Program-made: the position numbers and the translations under genes
Source: Phycisphaeraceae bacterium
Lineage (GTDB): Bacteria; Planctomycetota; Phycisphaerae; Phycisphaerales; Phycisphaeraceae
NCBI GenBank assembly: GCA_963674705.1
Contig: OY771506.1
Coordinates: 3,328,001-3,392,000, forward strand
DNA length: 64,000 nucleotides
Reading direction: 5' to 3'
Notes under the pieces: model-generated
Told to the model about the DNA's origin: nothing
Database searches by the model: none
Seen by the model: only the letters and a program-made list of their open reading frames with translations
In this document: one piece after another, positions 38,692-49,236 of the stretch
How positions within the stretch are numbered: the first letter of the stretch is position 1
Layout of the letters: each line of letters begins with the position of its first letter

Positions 38692-39945
38692 CTATTGTTT
38701 TTCTGTTTTATTAAGTTCAAGCAACCTCATCGCCTCATCCAAATCCTTATCCCCACGCCCTGAAAGATTGATGACAATCGTCTGATCTTCCGGCATTTCG
38801 CGGGCCAACTTCAATGCATAAGCGACGGCGTGGGAGCTTTCTAACGCCGGGATGATGCCTTCGGTTCTTGTGAGGGTGGTGAAGGCTTTGAGGGCTTGGG
38901 CGTCGTTGGATTCGGTGTAGTGGACGCGGTGGGTGTCGTGCCAGTAGGAATGTTCGGGGCCTACGCCGGGGTAGTCTAGGCCGGCGGAGATGGAGTGGAC
39001 GGGGGCGGTTTGGCCGTCTTCGTTTTGCATGACGTAGGAGAGTGAGCCGTGGAGGACGCCGGGGGAGCCGTAGTTGATGGGGGCGGCGTGCTGGCCGTAG
39101 GCGGTGCCGCGGCCGCCGGCTTCGACGCCGGTCATTTTGACGGATTCGTCTGCGATGAAGGGGTAGAACATGCCGGCCGCGTTGGAGCCGCCGCCGACGC
39201 AGGCGACGAGGTGGTCGGGGAGTTTGCCCATCTGGTCGAGGCACTGCGCGCGGCATTCCTTGCCGATGACGGACTGGAAGTCACGGACGATCATGGGGAA
39301 GGGGTGGGGGCCGACGACGGAGCCGATGATGTAGTGCGTGGTTTCGCTGGTGGCCATCCAGTCGCGCATGGCGGCGTTGGTGGCGTCCTTGAGTGTGCAT
39401 GAGCCTGACGTGACGGGGACGACGCGCGTGCCGAGCAGTTCCATGCGTTTGACGTTGGGCTGTTGTCGGCGGATGTCTTCGGTGCCCATGAAGACATCGC
39501 ACTCGAGGCCGAGGAACGCGGCGGCGGTGGCGCTGGCGACGCCGTGCTGGCCTGCGCCGGTCTCGGCGATGATGCGCTTCTTGCCCATGCGCAGGGTAAG
39601 CAGGGCCTGGCCTAGCGAGTTGTTGATCTTATGAGCGCCGGTGTGGGCGAGGTCTTCACGTTTGAGCCAGATATTGGCCCCCTTACCTTTGGGGCAGTCG
39701 GAAGAGTTGCGGACGTACTCGGTGAGGCGCTTGGCGTGTTGCAGCGGCGTCGCGCGGCCGACGTAATCGCGCAGCAGCAGGTCGAACTCTTTCTGGAAGG
39801 AAGGATCGGCCTTGGCGTCGGCGTAGGCATGGGAAAGCTGCTCGATGGCGTGTTGGAGCGTTTCGGGGGTAAAGACGCCGCCGTAGTCGCCGAAGTAGCC
39901 GGCGGCGTTGGGGACGGATTGTAGTGTGGGTGTTTGGGTGCTCAT
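38692..39945 (-). CDS. trpB: Tryptophan synthase beta chain
   Basis: [57 protein letters not shown]. Confidence 0.98.
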   Translation of the reverse strand: MSTQTPTLQSVPNAAGYFGDYGGVFTPETLQHAIEQLSHAYADAKADPSFQKEFDLLLRDYVGRATPLQHAKRLTEYVRNSSDCPKGKGANIWLKREDLAHTGAHKINNSLGQALLTLRMGKKRIIAETGAGQHGVASATAAAFLGLECDVFMGTEDIRRQQPNVKRMELLGTRVVPVTSGSCTLKDATNAAMRDWMATSETTHYIIGSVVGPHPFPMIVRDFQSVIGKECRAQCLDQMGKLPDHLVACVGGGSNAAGMFYPFIADESVKMTGVEAGGRGTAYGQHAAPINYGSPGVLHGSLSYVMQNEDGQTAPVHSISAGLDYPGVGPEHSYWHDTHRVHYTESNDAQALKAFTTLTRTEGIIPALESSHAVAYALKLAREMPEDQTIVINLSGRGDKDLDEAMRLLELNKTEKQ

Positions 39946-39957
39946 GGGGGAATGATA

Positions 39958-40330
39958 TAGGGTTTAGGGTGTAGGGTGTAGGGTGTAGGGTTAAAAAGCG
40001 GGAAATCAGAAAAGCAGGAAAGCAGAAAAGCAGAAAAGCAAAAAATAGAATCCCGATACCCGATACCCGATACCCGATACCCGATACCCGATACCCGATA
40101 CCCGATACCCGGGAAGATACCCGGACCTTCGCTTTGCTCAGGACCGGCGTTGGGGGAGAGAAAGCCATTAGCCTTTAGCGATTAGCCATTAGCAATAACA
40201 TTCCTACACCCTACACCCTACACCCTACACCCTACACCCTACACCTAAATCCACCCGGACCTTCGCTTTGCTCAGGACCGGCGTTGGGGGGAGAGAAAGC
40301 CATTAGCGATTAACGATTAAAAATTAGCGA
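39958..40330. repeat. Large composite repeat region: ~(TAGGGTG)x5, AGCAG(G/A)AA 8-mers, (CCCGATA)x8, hairpin G x2, (CCTACAC)x6, TTAGC(C/G)A heptamers
   Basis: Read directly: CCCGATA 40052-40107; CCTACAC 40203-40244; ACCCGGACCTTCGCTTTGCTCAGGACCGGCGTTG at 40119 and 40253. Confidence 0.9.
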
Positions 40331-40350
40331 TTTTCATCGCTACACCCGAA

Positions 40351-41292
40351 CTACCTTCTGCGTTCCATCGCCTGGCGGGCGGCGGCTTCGCGTTTGAGGG
40401 CGTCTTTGAAGACGGGGCTTTCGGGGGCGGGGTAGAAGTTGCGGAGGTCTTTGAAGGCTTCGTCGGCGGCTTTGAATTGACCGCTCTGGAAGCGGAGGAT
40501 GGCGTCTTCGTATTTTTCGCTGACGCCTTCGGCGAGTCGCTTCTGGAGGATGAAGTATTGGCGCTGGTCGGTGGCGTCGGGCAGGGCGTCGGCGGCGGTG
40601 TAGGTCAGGGCGTTGCGGTAGGCTTCGTAAGCGCGGTAGAGCGCATCGGTGCGGCGGTCGATTAAGGCGTAAGACTCGCGTGCCTGGGCGACGGCGGTGT
40701 CGGCTTTGCGTTGATCGGGCGGCTGCTTATCGATGGGTCGGTGGATGTAGCCTTCGATCTTTTCGGCGCTGATTGGTTGGGGGAGGTTGTCGCCGGGGCT
40801 GGTGGTTGTGGGGTTGGATTGATTGAGCAGGCTGAAGGCAATGAGGCCCAGCGCGACGGCCCAGAAGACGGCGATGCCGATCCATAGCTTGGTGCGGCCG
40901 CCGGCGCTTGAGTGGACGGCTGGTTCGGGTGTTGCGGTAGCGGTTGTGTCTGTTATTGGTTGTTCGGCAGCAGCGTGGAGGTCGGCTTCATCAACGATGG
41001 GGCTGACGCGGAAGACATCGGTGTCGCCGATGGTGACGGTGGCATTGGCTTTGATGGGTCGCGGCTTCTTGGTGATGCGCTTACCGTTGAGGATGGTGCC
41101 GTTGGGCGAGTGATTGACGAGTTGCCATTGGCCTTGCTCGAAAGCGAATTCACCATGCTCGCGCGAGATGAAGGGCTGGTCGACAGGCAGGACACGGTCG
41201 GTGCTGCGTCCGAAGCTGATGCGCGTCTGGCGTATCAGCAGTTTACGCCCGGCGTTGGGCCCGATGAGATATTCGACCTGAAGCGCGATCAA
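40351..41292 (-). CDS. FHA-domain single-pass membrane protein with TPR-like C-terminus
   Basis: FHA: FGRS...ISREHG...SPNGTILNG...TIG; TM WIGIAVFWAVALGLIAFSLL; overlaps the tadC stop. Confidence 0.85.
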   Translation of the reverse strand: MIALQVEYLIGPNAGRKLLIRQTRISFGRSTDRVLPVDQPFISREHGEFAFEQGQWQLVNHSPNGTILNGKRITKKPRPIKANATVTIGDTDVFRVSPIVDEADLHAAAEQPITDTTATATPEPAVHSSAGGRTKLWIGIAVFWAVALGLIAFSLLNQSNPTTTSPGDNLPQPISAEKIEGYIHRPIDKQPPDQRKADTAVAQARESYALIDRRTDALYRAYEAYRNALTYTAADALPDATDQRQYFILQKRLAEGVSEKYEDAILRFQSGQFKAADEAFKDLRNFYPAPESPVFKDALKREAAARQAMERRR

Positions 41293-42191
41293 AACAGACT
41301 CCCCTGCATGCCACGGATAATCATGGGTGCGAAAACGATGATAACGACGGCGACGAGGATCAGCATGGACGGCACGAGGATGCGGAGGCTGGCGGAGGCG
41401 GAGAGTTTCTCGGCCTGCACGCCGCGGTGCATCCGGAGCATGTCGGATTGCAGTTTGAGGATGGTCGACAAAGGTGTGCCGAGGGTTTCAGCTTGATTGA
41501 CAGCGCCGACGATGGAGCGGAGCGATTCGAGCGGGATGCGGTCTGCCATGTGTGCGAGGGCAGCGGCGCGGGGCGTGCCGAGTTCGACTTCGCTTAAGAC
41601 GAGGGCGAGTTCCTGGTTGAGGTCGTCTTCCGGATCGTCGCGGATCAGCGTCTGGACGGCTTCGGTGAAGGTGGAGCCGGCGGCCATGGTCAGCGCGACG
41701 AGGTCGAGCGTGTAGGGCAGTTGCTTGCCGATCTTTCGGCAGCGTCGCATGCCGGCATCCTGCAATGCGTAGATGGGGACAAGGAAGCCGACGACGGTCA
41801 TGACGGGTCCGACGAATAGCGCGAGCGCACTATCTGCGGCGAAGACGAGCATGACGGAAACGAGCCCGAGTATGGCGGCGCTGACGATGCAGATGGCGAG
41901 GTATTCCTGGACGCTGTAGCCGGAGGGGTTGCCGGTGGCGTCGAGGTATTGTCGGATCTTGGCGCGCGTGCCGGGCATGTTCAGGCGGGCGGTGAGCGCG
42001 AGGCCGAGGTTCATGATCGGTGCGAGCAGTTGGTTTTCGAAGATGGTTTCTCGATCGACGCCCAGCGCCTTGGCGAAGCGCCGGTGGACCGGGGGCTCTG
42101 CGGGCACGGGATAAAGGAACAGCGCGTAGATCGGCAGGGCCACACCGATGAAGATGAACAGACTCACCAGGATTTGAAGGAGTATGTCCAT
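41289..42191 (-). CDS. tadC: Tad pilus platform protein TadC (T2SS F family)
   Basis: LPYTLDLVALTMAAG, ELGTPRAAAL, QAETLGTPLSTIL; start set at ATG 42191. Confidence 0.88.
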   Translation of the reverse strand: MDILLQILVSLFIFIGVALPIYALFLYPVPAEPPVHRRFAKALGVDRETIFENQLLAPIMNLGLALTARLNMPGTRAKIRQYLDATGNPSGYSVQEYLAICIVSAAILGLVSVMLVFAADSALALFVGPVMTVVGFLVPIYALQDAGMRRCRKIGKQLPYTLDLVALTMAAGSTFTEAVQTLIRDDPEDDLNQELALVLSEVELGTPRAAALAHMADRIPLESLRSIVGAVNQAETLGTPLSTILKLQSDMLRMHRGVQAEKLSASASLRILVPSMLILVAVVIIVFAPMIIRGMQGSLF

Positions 42192-42199
42192 GAGAAACC

Positions 42200-43051
42200 T
42201 TAGATATCCACCGCCATGATCTTGCGAATCCAGAAGAAAGCAACCGTGATGAGTACGGCGACGGTCAAAAGCAGCATGCGACCGGCCGGTTCTGCAAACA
42301 AGAGCGAGACGCCCTGCGAATCGATCGTCCACAACAGGGCGAGGAAGACGAAGGGCATCAACGCCATGAACAGCGCCTGGTAGCGTGCCTGGCTGGTGAG
42401 CGCATCGAGTTTGCCTTCGAGCCTGCTGATGTCGCGGATGGATTCGGCGATGCGGTCGAGGCTTTGTGCGGTGTCGCCGCCGCGCAGGCGGTGCATCTGG
42501 ATGGCGGTGAAGGTGAGGCGGTAGAGCTGCGAGCCGATGCGGTTGCTCGCGTTTTGCATGGCCTGGTTAAGGTCCATGCCGAGGCGGTATTCGCGGAGCA
42601 GTTGGCCGATTTCCTGTTTGATCGGGCCGACGCTGTTTTGTTCGAGCAGTTCCATGGACTGGACGAGGTTGAGTCCGGCGCGGGCGGCGGCGGCGAGGGT
42701 GGTCAGGCCGTCGACGAGCTGGCTTTCGAGTTTGCGTAAGCGCTGCGACTCGAGGTGGCGGATGTACATGTTGGGCAAAAGCATCGCGATCGCGCCGCAG
42801 GCGAGTGCAGCGATGACGGACATCGTGATGAGGAAAACGAAGAGGGCGACACCTATGACAAGTCCGGCCGAACCCAGTAGCGCGGTGCGCGGTTCGATGT
42901 CCATCAATAGTTGTTGACGCAGCACGCGGTCGTAGGCTTGCTCCTGTCTTGCGATCATTGCGAGCGACCATGCGTAGCCGTAGCGCACAAACATGTAGAC
43001 CGATGTGAAGGTCAGGACGCAGGCGATGATTAGCAGGAGGGTGGGGGGCAT
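42200..43051 (-). CDS. tadB: Tad pilus platform protein TadB (T2SS F family)
   Basis: QLVDGLTTLAAAARAG, GGDTAQSLDRIAESIR, ALTSQAR. Confidence 0.88.
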   Translation of the reverse strand: MPPTLLLIIACVLTFTSVYMFVRYGYAWSLAMIARQEQAYDRVLRQQLLMDIEPRTALLGSAGLVIGVALFVFLITMSVIAALACGAIAMLLPNMYIRHLESQRLRKLESQLVDGLTTLAAAARAGLNLVQSMELLEQNSVGPIKQEIGQLLREYRLGMDLNQAMQNASNRIGSQLYRLTFTAIQMHRLRGGDTAQSLDRIAESIRDISRLEGKLDALTSQARYQALFMALMPFVFLALLWTIDSQGVSLLFAEPAGRMLLLTVAVLITVAFFWIRKIMAVDI

Positions 43052-43125
43052 GGGGGGGGTGTGAGTGAAGGTTAGTTAGTAGGACGCCCACGTTCGGCGA
43101 ACGTGGGCTTCGGGGGGTGGCGCTT

Positions 43126-44985
43126 TTATAAGAATACGCCGACGTCGAGGATTTTCCTTTCGATGAGTTCTTCGGCGAAGGTTGGGATGTAGCCTGTGTG
43201 TCGCAGGCGCGGTTGTTTGGGGTTACGCAGGGTGTAGATGTCTTCCAGACATAGCTGGTGTGTTTCGGGATCGATCTCGGTGGCTTCACAGATGCGCGTG
43301 ACGCGGCGGCGGCCGTCGGCGAAACGCGCGACCTGCACGACGATGTCGACGGCGGTGTGGATCTGCTCGCGGATAGCGCGGACGGGCATGTCGACAGCCA
43401 TGAGCACGAGGGTTTCCAGGCGTTTCATCGCGTCGGAGGGTGTGTTGGCGTGGAGCGTGGAGAGCGAACCGTCGTGTCCGGTGTTCATAGCCTGGAGCAT
43501 GTCGAGCGCTTCGGGGCCGCGCACTTCGCCGACGATGATGCGGTCGGGCCGCATGCGCAGGGCGTTGCGAACCAGTTCACGGATGGTGTACGCGCCGCGT
43601 CCTTCGATATTCGCTGGGCGTCCTTCGAGGCTGACGACGTGCGGTTGCGGCAGCTTCAGTTCGGCGGATTCCTCGACCGTGATGATACGTTCATCCGGGC
43701 GGGCGTAAGCGCCGAGCACGTTCAGGAGCGTTGTCTTACCTGAACCGGTGCCGCCTGAGATGATGATGTTCTGGCGACCGATGACGCAGCCCTGCAGGAA
43801 TGCGGCGCAGGTTTCGCTTAGGGAGCCGCGTTCGATCAGGTCGTCCATGGTGAACGGGATCCAGCCGAACTTGCGGATCGTCATGCACGGGCCGACCAGT
43901 GACAGCGGACTGATGACGACGTTGACGCGGCTACCGTCGGGCAAACGTGCATCGACAAGCGGTGTGGATGTATCGACGCGTCGACCGACCGGTGAAAGGA
44001 TGCGCTCGATGATCGACATCAACACTTCGTCGGAGAAGAACGTGCGCGAGGTGGGTTGGATGACGCCGTTCTTTTCGATGTAGATGCGGTCCTTGCCGAC
44101 GACCATGATCTCGCTGACGCTGGGCATTTCCAGCAGGTCCTGCAGCGGACCGAGCCCAAGGAGGATGTCCTGGATATCTTTGGACACGCTGCGGCGGACG
44201 ATGTAGCGGGCGAGTTCTTTGGGGATCGAATCGGATTGCTGTTTGTATAAACCGTCGAAAGCTTCTTCAGCCACCGCGAGGTCTTCGCCGACACTGGTCG
44301 GGTCGAAGAGCAGCGGCATCATGTCGACCATCGTCGTGACGAGTTCGGTGATCTGCTGCTGACGTCGTGGATCGAGCAGGGCGTCTTCAGCTTCTTTGTA
44401 GTCGGTTTGGACTTTACCCTGGCATTGCCGAACAACTTCCGCGTTGATCAGGCGCGACAGGTGCTGACGTACGGCGTGGTCGAGGACTTTTTCATCCAGC
44501 GTCTCGACGCGCTTGGTGAGGACCTGGTCCAGATGATGGAGCATCTGCGAGACGAATGCCTGGTCGGACTTATTGATCCTGCCGGTGACGCGCAGGTTCA
44601 TACGGTCGAGCAGTTCGGCGTGGACCTGCTGCTCAAGCTCCATGAGCTTGGCTTGGAGTTCTTCAGACTCATTACCGATGACGCCGGTGCGGTCTTTGCC
44701 GACAGGCGCGAGTGAGAACTGGCCGATCTGCACTTCATCACCGAAGTCGAGGCGTGCTGATTTACCCATCGCGACTTCACGATTGGCAACGCGCGTGCCT
44801 GCACGGCTAAGCGCCTCGACGAACATCTGGTTGCCCTTGAGGACGATGCGCGCGTGGCGGCGGGCGACGAACGGGCTCTTGAGTACGATCGCGCAGGAAT
44901 CATCGCGGCCGATCGTGATGGATGAACCCTCGGCCTGGAGGGTTGAACGCTCGTTCGTGCTGTGATCGTAGAGCCAGAATTCCAT
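43126..44985 (-). CDS. cpaF: FHA-domain-fused TadA/CpaF ATPase
   Basis: N-terminal FHA-like IGRDD...VARRHA...[25 protein letters not shown], Walker [35 protein letters not shown]. Confidence 0.92.
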   Translation of the reverse strand: MEFWLYDHSTNERSTLQAEGSSITIGRDDSCAIVLKSPFVARRHARIVLKGNQMFVEALSRAGTRVANREVAMGKSARLDFGDEVQIGQFSLAPVGKDRTGVIGNESEELQAKLMELEQQVHAELLDRMNLRVTGRINKSDQAFVSQMLHHLDQVLTKRVETLDEKVLDHAVRQHLSRLINAEVVRQCQGKVQTDYKEAEDALLDPRRQQQITELVTTMVDMMPLLFDPTSVGEDLAVAEEAFDGLYKQQSDSIPKELARYIVRRSVSKDIQDILLGLGPLQDLLEMPSVSEIMVVGKDRIYIEKNGVIQPTSRTFFSDEVLMSIIERILSPVGRRVDTSTPLVDARLPDGSRVNVVISPLSLVGPCMTIRKFGWIPFTMDDLIERGSLSETCAAFLQGCVIGRQNIIISGGTGSGKTTLLNVLGAYARPDERIITVEESAELKLPQPHVVSLEGRPANIEGRGAYTIRELVRNALRMRPDRIIVGEVRGPEALDMLQAMNTGHDGSLSTLHANTPSDAMKRLETLVLMAVDMPVRAIREQIHTAVDIVVQVARFADGRRRVTRICEATEIDPETHQLCLEDIYTLRNPKQPRLRHTGYIPTFAEELIERKILDVGVFL

Positions 44986-44992
44986 GCGGGGC

Positions 44993-45778
44993 TTATCTCT
45001 CGGGTGCGACGACGCCGCGGTCGATCAGTCGAAGGACCTGCGGGTTGATGCCGCCTTCAGGAATCTTGGGCGTGGTGTTATCGTTGGGATTACGCAGTTG
45101 AATTTCGAAGTCGCCGATGACCATCTTCTTGATCTTGGCGAGCAGCGTGGCTTCTTCGGGCGTGACCTGGATGCTGATGTTGTCGAACCGGTCGCGGCCG
45201 CGCCGGGTTTCCTCATCGGCGATGCTGCGTGTGCCGACGGCGAAGACCTCGACGTTTTCGAGGATCGGCAGGATGTTGACGACGCCGCCGGGGAACTGGG
45301 CTTCGATATCAACGCTCATGCCGGGCACGAGGCTGCCGGGCAGCGTTCGGGCGTTGACCGGCAGGGCGATCAGCCGCATGTTGGGATCGATGCGTGTGTC
45401 GAGTTCGGTATCGTTCGGGTTATTGAACATATCGAAGACGAGGAACTGGTTGCGCTTGGCGATCTTTTCGATGGGCGTGCCGATGTAGGCGGTCAGCGAC
45501 GCGTTGCCCCTGCCGGATTCTTCGACGACGAAACCCTCGAAGGATTTGCTGTAGCTTTTTGGCATGGGGACGGCTTCGACGTCTTTTTCGGAAAGCTTGT
45601 CGCCGGGCTGGAGCGTGGTGGTGAGGCGGTAGACCGTGAAGCGATCTTCGGCGATGTTGCGCTTGATCATGGCCACGTAGAGGTTGACCACGATGACGGC
45701 GGCGACGGCGACCACCGCGGCGATGATGATCAGACGGTTGCTCCCGGGCGGGGCTTGTGTGTTGGGCGTTGCGGCCAT
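44993..45778 (-). CDS. cpaB: Flp pilus assembly protein CpaB/RcpC
   Basis: N-terminal TM, SAF-like segment, MRLIALPV...GSLVPGMSVDI, ILENVEVFAVG, VTPEEA, LRNPND. Confidence 0.85.
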   Translation of the reverse strand: MAATPNTQAPPGSNRLIIIAAVVAVAAVIVVNLYVAMIKRNIAEDRFTVYRLTTTLQPGDKLSEKDVEAVPMPKSYSKSFEGFVVEESGRGNASLTAYIGTPIEKIAKRNQFLVFDMFNNPNDTELDTRIDPNMRLIALPVNARTLPGSLVPGMSVDIEAQFPGGVVNILPILENVEVFAVGTRSIADEETRRGRDRFDNISIQVTPEEATLLAKIKKMVIGDFEIQLRNPNDNTTPKIPEGGINPQVLRLIDRGVVAPER

Positions 45779-45925
45779 GGTTTTGTCACTCGCTTACCGG
45801 GGTGTAACGGCCGGGCGGTGCGTGTAAGCCCGTGCCTGGGTTGATTATAAGGTACTGCATCTATCGGCAAAGCGTCGGACCGGGGGGTTAAAACCCGAGG
45901 TCGGGTTGCGTGCGGAGGGACCGGG

Positions 45926-48472
45926 TCAGGGGGTGGAGCCATTTTCCGCGGCCTGTACCTGTTCGAGCAGCTCGCGCACTTCGTCGGTGGTCCGTATTTC
46001 GGCGGCGATACGCAATTGCGCTCGGGCGCTGGCGTATTCCCCGGCGGCGATGTAGTTGCGGGCCTGGGCGAGCAGGTGATCGAACTCGGCTTCATCCAGG
46101 CGTGCACGGACCTGTGGCGTATCCATCGCTTCCTTGGCGCGGAGGTAGTGGCGTTTGGCTTCGCCGAAGGCGCTGCGGTTGCGGGCCGCGTCGCCGGCGT
46201 TTAGGTGGCGTATGTATTCACCGCGGACTTCGACCTCGTTGCGTACGGCCGCGACGTCGGTGTTGTTCGGTTCGAGTTGGCTTGCCTGGATGATCAGTTC
46301 GTTCGCCTTGTCGATATCCCCGGTTTCCAGCGAGGCGCGGGCCTGCTTGAGAAGGATCTGCACGCGGATGCCGGTGACTTTATCGCTGAGCGGGTTGTCG
46401 GTGCCGAGTTGAAGAGCGTTTTCGTATTGACGCAGCGCGGTATCGTAGTCGCCGTTGGCTGCGGCGGTGTCGCCTGCTTCGATGAAGGCATCACGACGGT
46501 TGGACGAGGCGATGCGTGCCAGGGCGTCGCGTGCCTGCTTGTTGTCAGGATCGTAGCCGAGCGCCTCGGTAAACATCTGGTCTGCGCCGAAGGTGTTGCC
46601 TTGGGCGAGCATACGCAGGCCTTCCTCGACAAGCCAACTGCTGCGCAGCTTGGTGAGTTTGTCTTTTAGTGATTGGTCGTTGGGTAGCGCCTCGATCGCT
46701 TCTTCGTAATGTTGGATAGCCGACTCGGGATCCCCGCGATCGAGCGCGGCCTGCGCCAGAGCGAGCGCCTTGTCGGCGGTCTGCTCGGATTCCAGGCGGT
46801 TGAGGAACTCGGTGACTTCGAGTTTTTGCGGACCAGACTGTAGCAGTTTGATCGCTTCGTTACGGTTACCCGTACGTAATAGATCGTTGGCTTCTCGGAT
46901 CAATTCCTGCACGCGCCAGCGAGCAAGTTGATCTTCAAGCCTCGCGCCTAAGGAGCGCAACGCCTGGTGTTCTTCATCCGATGCCGCGAGGTCGCGCCAC
47001 TCATCCAGTTCTCTGCGGGCCTGGCCGAACGAATGCTCATCGATCAAGGTTTCGATCTGTTCGACGGTTTGCGCGAAGGCTTTGGCTTGCTGGGTTTCGT
47101 CGATAAGGGCACGTGCGTTGTTGCGGTAGTCGTCGCCCAAGTCTGCGGCTTCTGTGTAGGCGCGGATCGCATCGTCGTACTGCTTCTGGTCGAATTTGAT
47201 GTGTCCGCGGGCGAACAGAGCGCCTGCCTGGGCCCGTTTGCCGAACGCCGCCTGGACTTGCTGGTTCTGATCGTTAGCTATCTGATCGAACATGTTCATC
47301 GCGACTTCGTATTTTTCATCGCGATAAGCCTGCATGGCGTCATCCAATGTCTGTCGTGCGGCATCGAGAACGCGCTGACGCTCTGCACGGCTCTGGTTCA
47401 TCATGAAGAGGCCAACACCCGCTGCGGCGAGGATGACGACGGCCGCAGCGATGATGCCGAACTTCATCGCTTTGCCTTTGGTCGGCAGGGCGGTGGTGTC
47501 GCCGGGCGTGGTAGCCTGCGCGGGGACTTCTTCGGGGGGGCCGAAGTCATCGGCGGCGGGGCCTGTGTCTTTACCGTCGAAGTGACGCTTGATCGCGCTG
47601 ATCAGGTCCTTGGCTGAGCCGACGCGCTGATTGGGGTCTTTTTCCATCAAGCGCTGAACGAGATCGGAGATCGGCTGTGGGATATCGGGTAGCAGGTCGG
47701 TTAACGGCGGGGCCTTGGTTTTGGGGTTGGTGTGCCACTTCACCCAGCGCACCGCCTGGTTGCGTTGATCGCGGAGGATGAGTTTGAACGCTTCGTCAAA
47801 CTTCTCCCTGCCGGCGATCATTTCGTAAGCCATCATGCCCAGTGCGTAGAGGTCTGCCCGGCCGTCGACCTTTTTGTTTTCCAGCAGCTCCGGCGACATA
47901 TAGCGGACCGTGCCGGAGGTCGGGCTGGTTTGGTTGTCGATGTCGGTGGCGAGGCCGAAGTCACTGATCTTCAGGCCGCCGGTGCGTGGCATGAGGATGT
48001 TGGCGGGTTTGAGATCGAGGTGGATGATGCCCTGTTTATGGATCGAGTTGAGCGCCTGTGCGGTGGCGGCGATGATGCCCAACGCCTGCTTGAGGTTCAT
48101 CGGCAAGGTGTTCTGGGCAAGGATCTGCTCCAGAGACGGCCCACTGATGTATTCGTTGATCAGCAGCAGGCCATTGGGTGAATCCACGACATCCAGCACC
48201 TGCACGAGCCTGGCCGGGTCTGCCTCGGCCGCCTTCTGGTGCAGCCGCGCCTCGGTCATGATCTTTTCACGCAGTTGCGCTTCATCCTGGTCCGCGTTAA
48301 ATAGAAACTGCTTGATCGCGACCTTCTTACCGAGCAGGTCGTCGACGGCTTTGTAGACGACGGATTGGCCGCCCGAGCCGATCTGCTGCTTGATGACGTA
48401 AGGCTCGACGTGATCGCCCGGCCGCAGGGCTGCGCCGTGGTTTGAAGACGGGTTGGAAGTCGGATCGGTCAT
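45926..48472 (-). CDS. Membrane Hanks-type Ser/Thr protein kinase with extracytoplasmic TPR repeats
   Basis: IGSGGQSVVY, VAIK, HLDLKPANIL, DFGLA, GTVRYMSPE, DLYALG; TM FGIIAAAVVILAAAGVGLF; TPR-like repeats. Confidence 0.92.
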   Translation of the reverse strand: MTDPTSNPSSNHGAALRPGDHVEPYVIKQQIGSGGQSVVYKAVDDLLGKKVAIKQFLFNADQDEAQLREKIMTEARLHQKAAEADPARLVQVLDVVDSPNGLLLINEYISGPSLEQILAQNTLPMNLKQALGIIAATAQALNSIHKQGIIHLDLKPANILMPRTGGLKISDFGLATDIDNQTSPTSGTVRYMSPELLENKKVDGRADLYALGMMAYEMIAGREKFDEAFKLILRDQRNQAVRWVKWHTNPKTKAPPLTDLLPDIPQPISDLVQRLMEKDPNQRVGSAKDLISAIKRHFDGKDTGPAADDFGPPEEVPAQATTPGDTTALPTKGKAMKFGIIAAAVVILAAAGVGLFMMNQSRAERQRVLDAARQTLDDAMQAYRDEKYEVAMNMFDQIANDQNQQVQAAFGKRAQAGALFARGHIKFDQKQYDDAIRAYTEAADLGDDYRNNARALIDETQQAKAFAQTVEQIETLIDEHSFGQARRELDEWRDLAASDEEHQALRSLGARLEDQLARWRVQELIREANDLLRTGNRNEAIKLLQSGPQKLEVTEFLNRLESEQTADKALALAQAALDRGDPESAIQHYEEAIEALPNDQSLKDKLTKLRSSWLVEEGLRMLAQGNTFGADQMFTEALGYDPDNKQARDALARIASSNRRDAFIEAGDTAAANGDYDTALRQYENALQLGTDNPLSDKVTGIRVQILLKQARASLETGDIDKANELIIQASQLEPNNTDVAAVRNEVEVRGEYIRHLNAGDAARNRSAFGEAKRHYLRAKEAMDTPQVRARLDEAEFDHLLAQARNYIAAGEYASARAQLRIAAEIRTTDEVRELLEQVQAAENGSTP

Positions 48473-48534
48473 GCGTTCGGGGGTTTCGTGGTAGCGGGGG
48501 TGTATTTTAGCCTATTTAGGAGGGGGGAGTTGGA

Positions 48535-48616
48535 GCCGTTAGCCATTAGCCTTTAGCCATTAGCTATGAAAAAATGGTCCTTTACGATTCAACATTGCAC
48601 ATTGAACATTGAACAT
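48535..48616. repeat. Degenerate heptamer arrays (TTAGCCA; ATTGAAC)
   Basis: Read directly. Confidence 0.7.
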
Positions 48617-48621
48617 CCCCC

Positions 48622-49161
48622 TTATGTCCATGGCAATTGCAGGCCCAGCAGGTGTTCTGCGGCGGCGAGGATACCGCCGAGGGCGACGGCTGTGCCGAAG
48701 GGGACGGTATGTTTTTCGTTTTCCAGATCGGGTTTGACCCTTGCGGCGGCGGAGAGGATCGCGCCGAAGATTCGGCTGAAGGTCTGCTTGATCAGGCCGT
48801 GATGGATCATGAGGTAGATGGCCATGAGCATTGCGACGATCAGGCCGTAGAACGCGGTACCGAGCACGACCTGCCAGCTTGCACTGATCGCGCCGACGGC
48901 TCCCATGAGTTTTGCATCGCCACCACCGAGCCAGCCTCGCAATGCCATGAGACTGAACGGGACAAGTCCGCAGAGCAATGTGAGGAAGGAGGTGCCGATG
49001 CCTTTGTCGCTGCCGATAAAGCCGGCGAGGAACCAAAAAAGAAGCCCGCAGAGCATCGCGGGCAGGGTAAGCCAGTTGTAGATTTTGCCATGCTTGAAGT
49101 CGGTCACCGCTGCAACAAGCAGGACGAGAACAAGCATGCTAAAGGCGATGATTGCAAGCAC
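48622..49161 (-). CDS. cpaA: Prepilin peptidase CpaA/TadV (A24)
   Basis: TDFKHGKIYNWLT, GGGDAKL, VPFGTAV. Confidence 0.88.
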   Translation of the reverse strand: MLAIIAFSMLVLVLLVAAVTDFKHGKIYNWLTLPAMLCGLLFWFLAGFIGSDKGIGTSFLTLLCGLVPFSLMALRGWLGGGDAKLMGAVGAISASWQVVLGTAFYGLIVAMLMAIYLMIHHGLIKQTFSRIFGAILSAAARVKPDLENEKHTVPFGTAVALGGILAAAEHLLGLQLPWT

Positions 49162-49236
49162 ATTTACCCATCTTCAGCATAATCCGGAAGGACCCCAAAC
49201 CCATAAGGAAACGAAAGACCGCCAACCACGTTCTAA

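Noticed and set aside
39683..40168. 161-aa ORF with SGIGYRV repeats
   Set aside because: Translation of the heptamer arrays, overlapping trpB out of frame
39958..40330. Possible CRISPR array or telomere-like repeats
   Set aside because: Units are 7-8-nt tandem repeats without unique spacers; no cas genes; internal location
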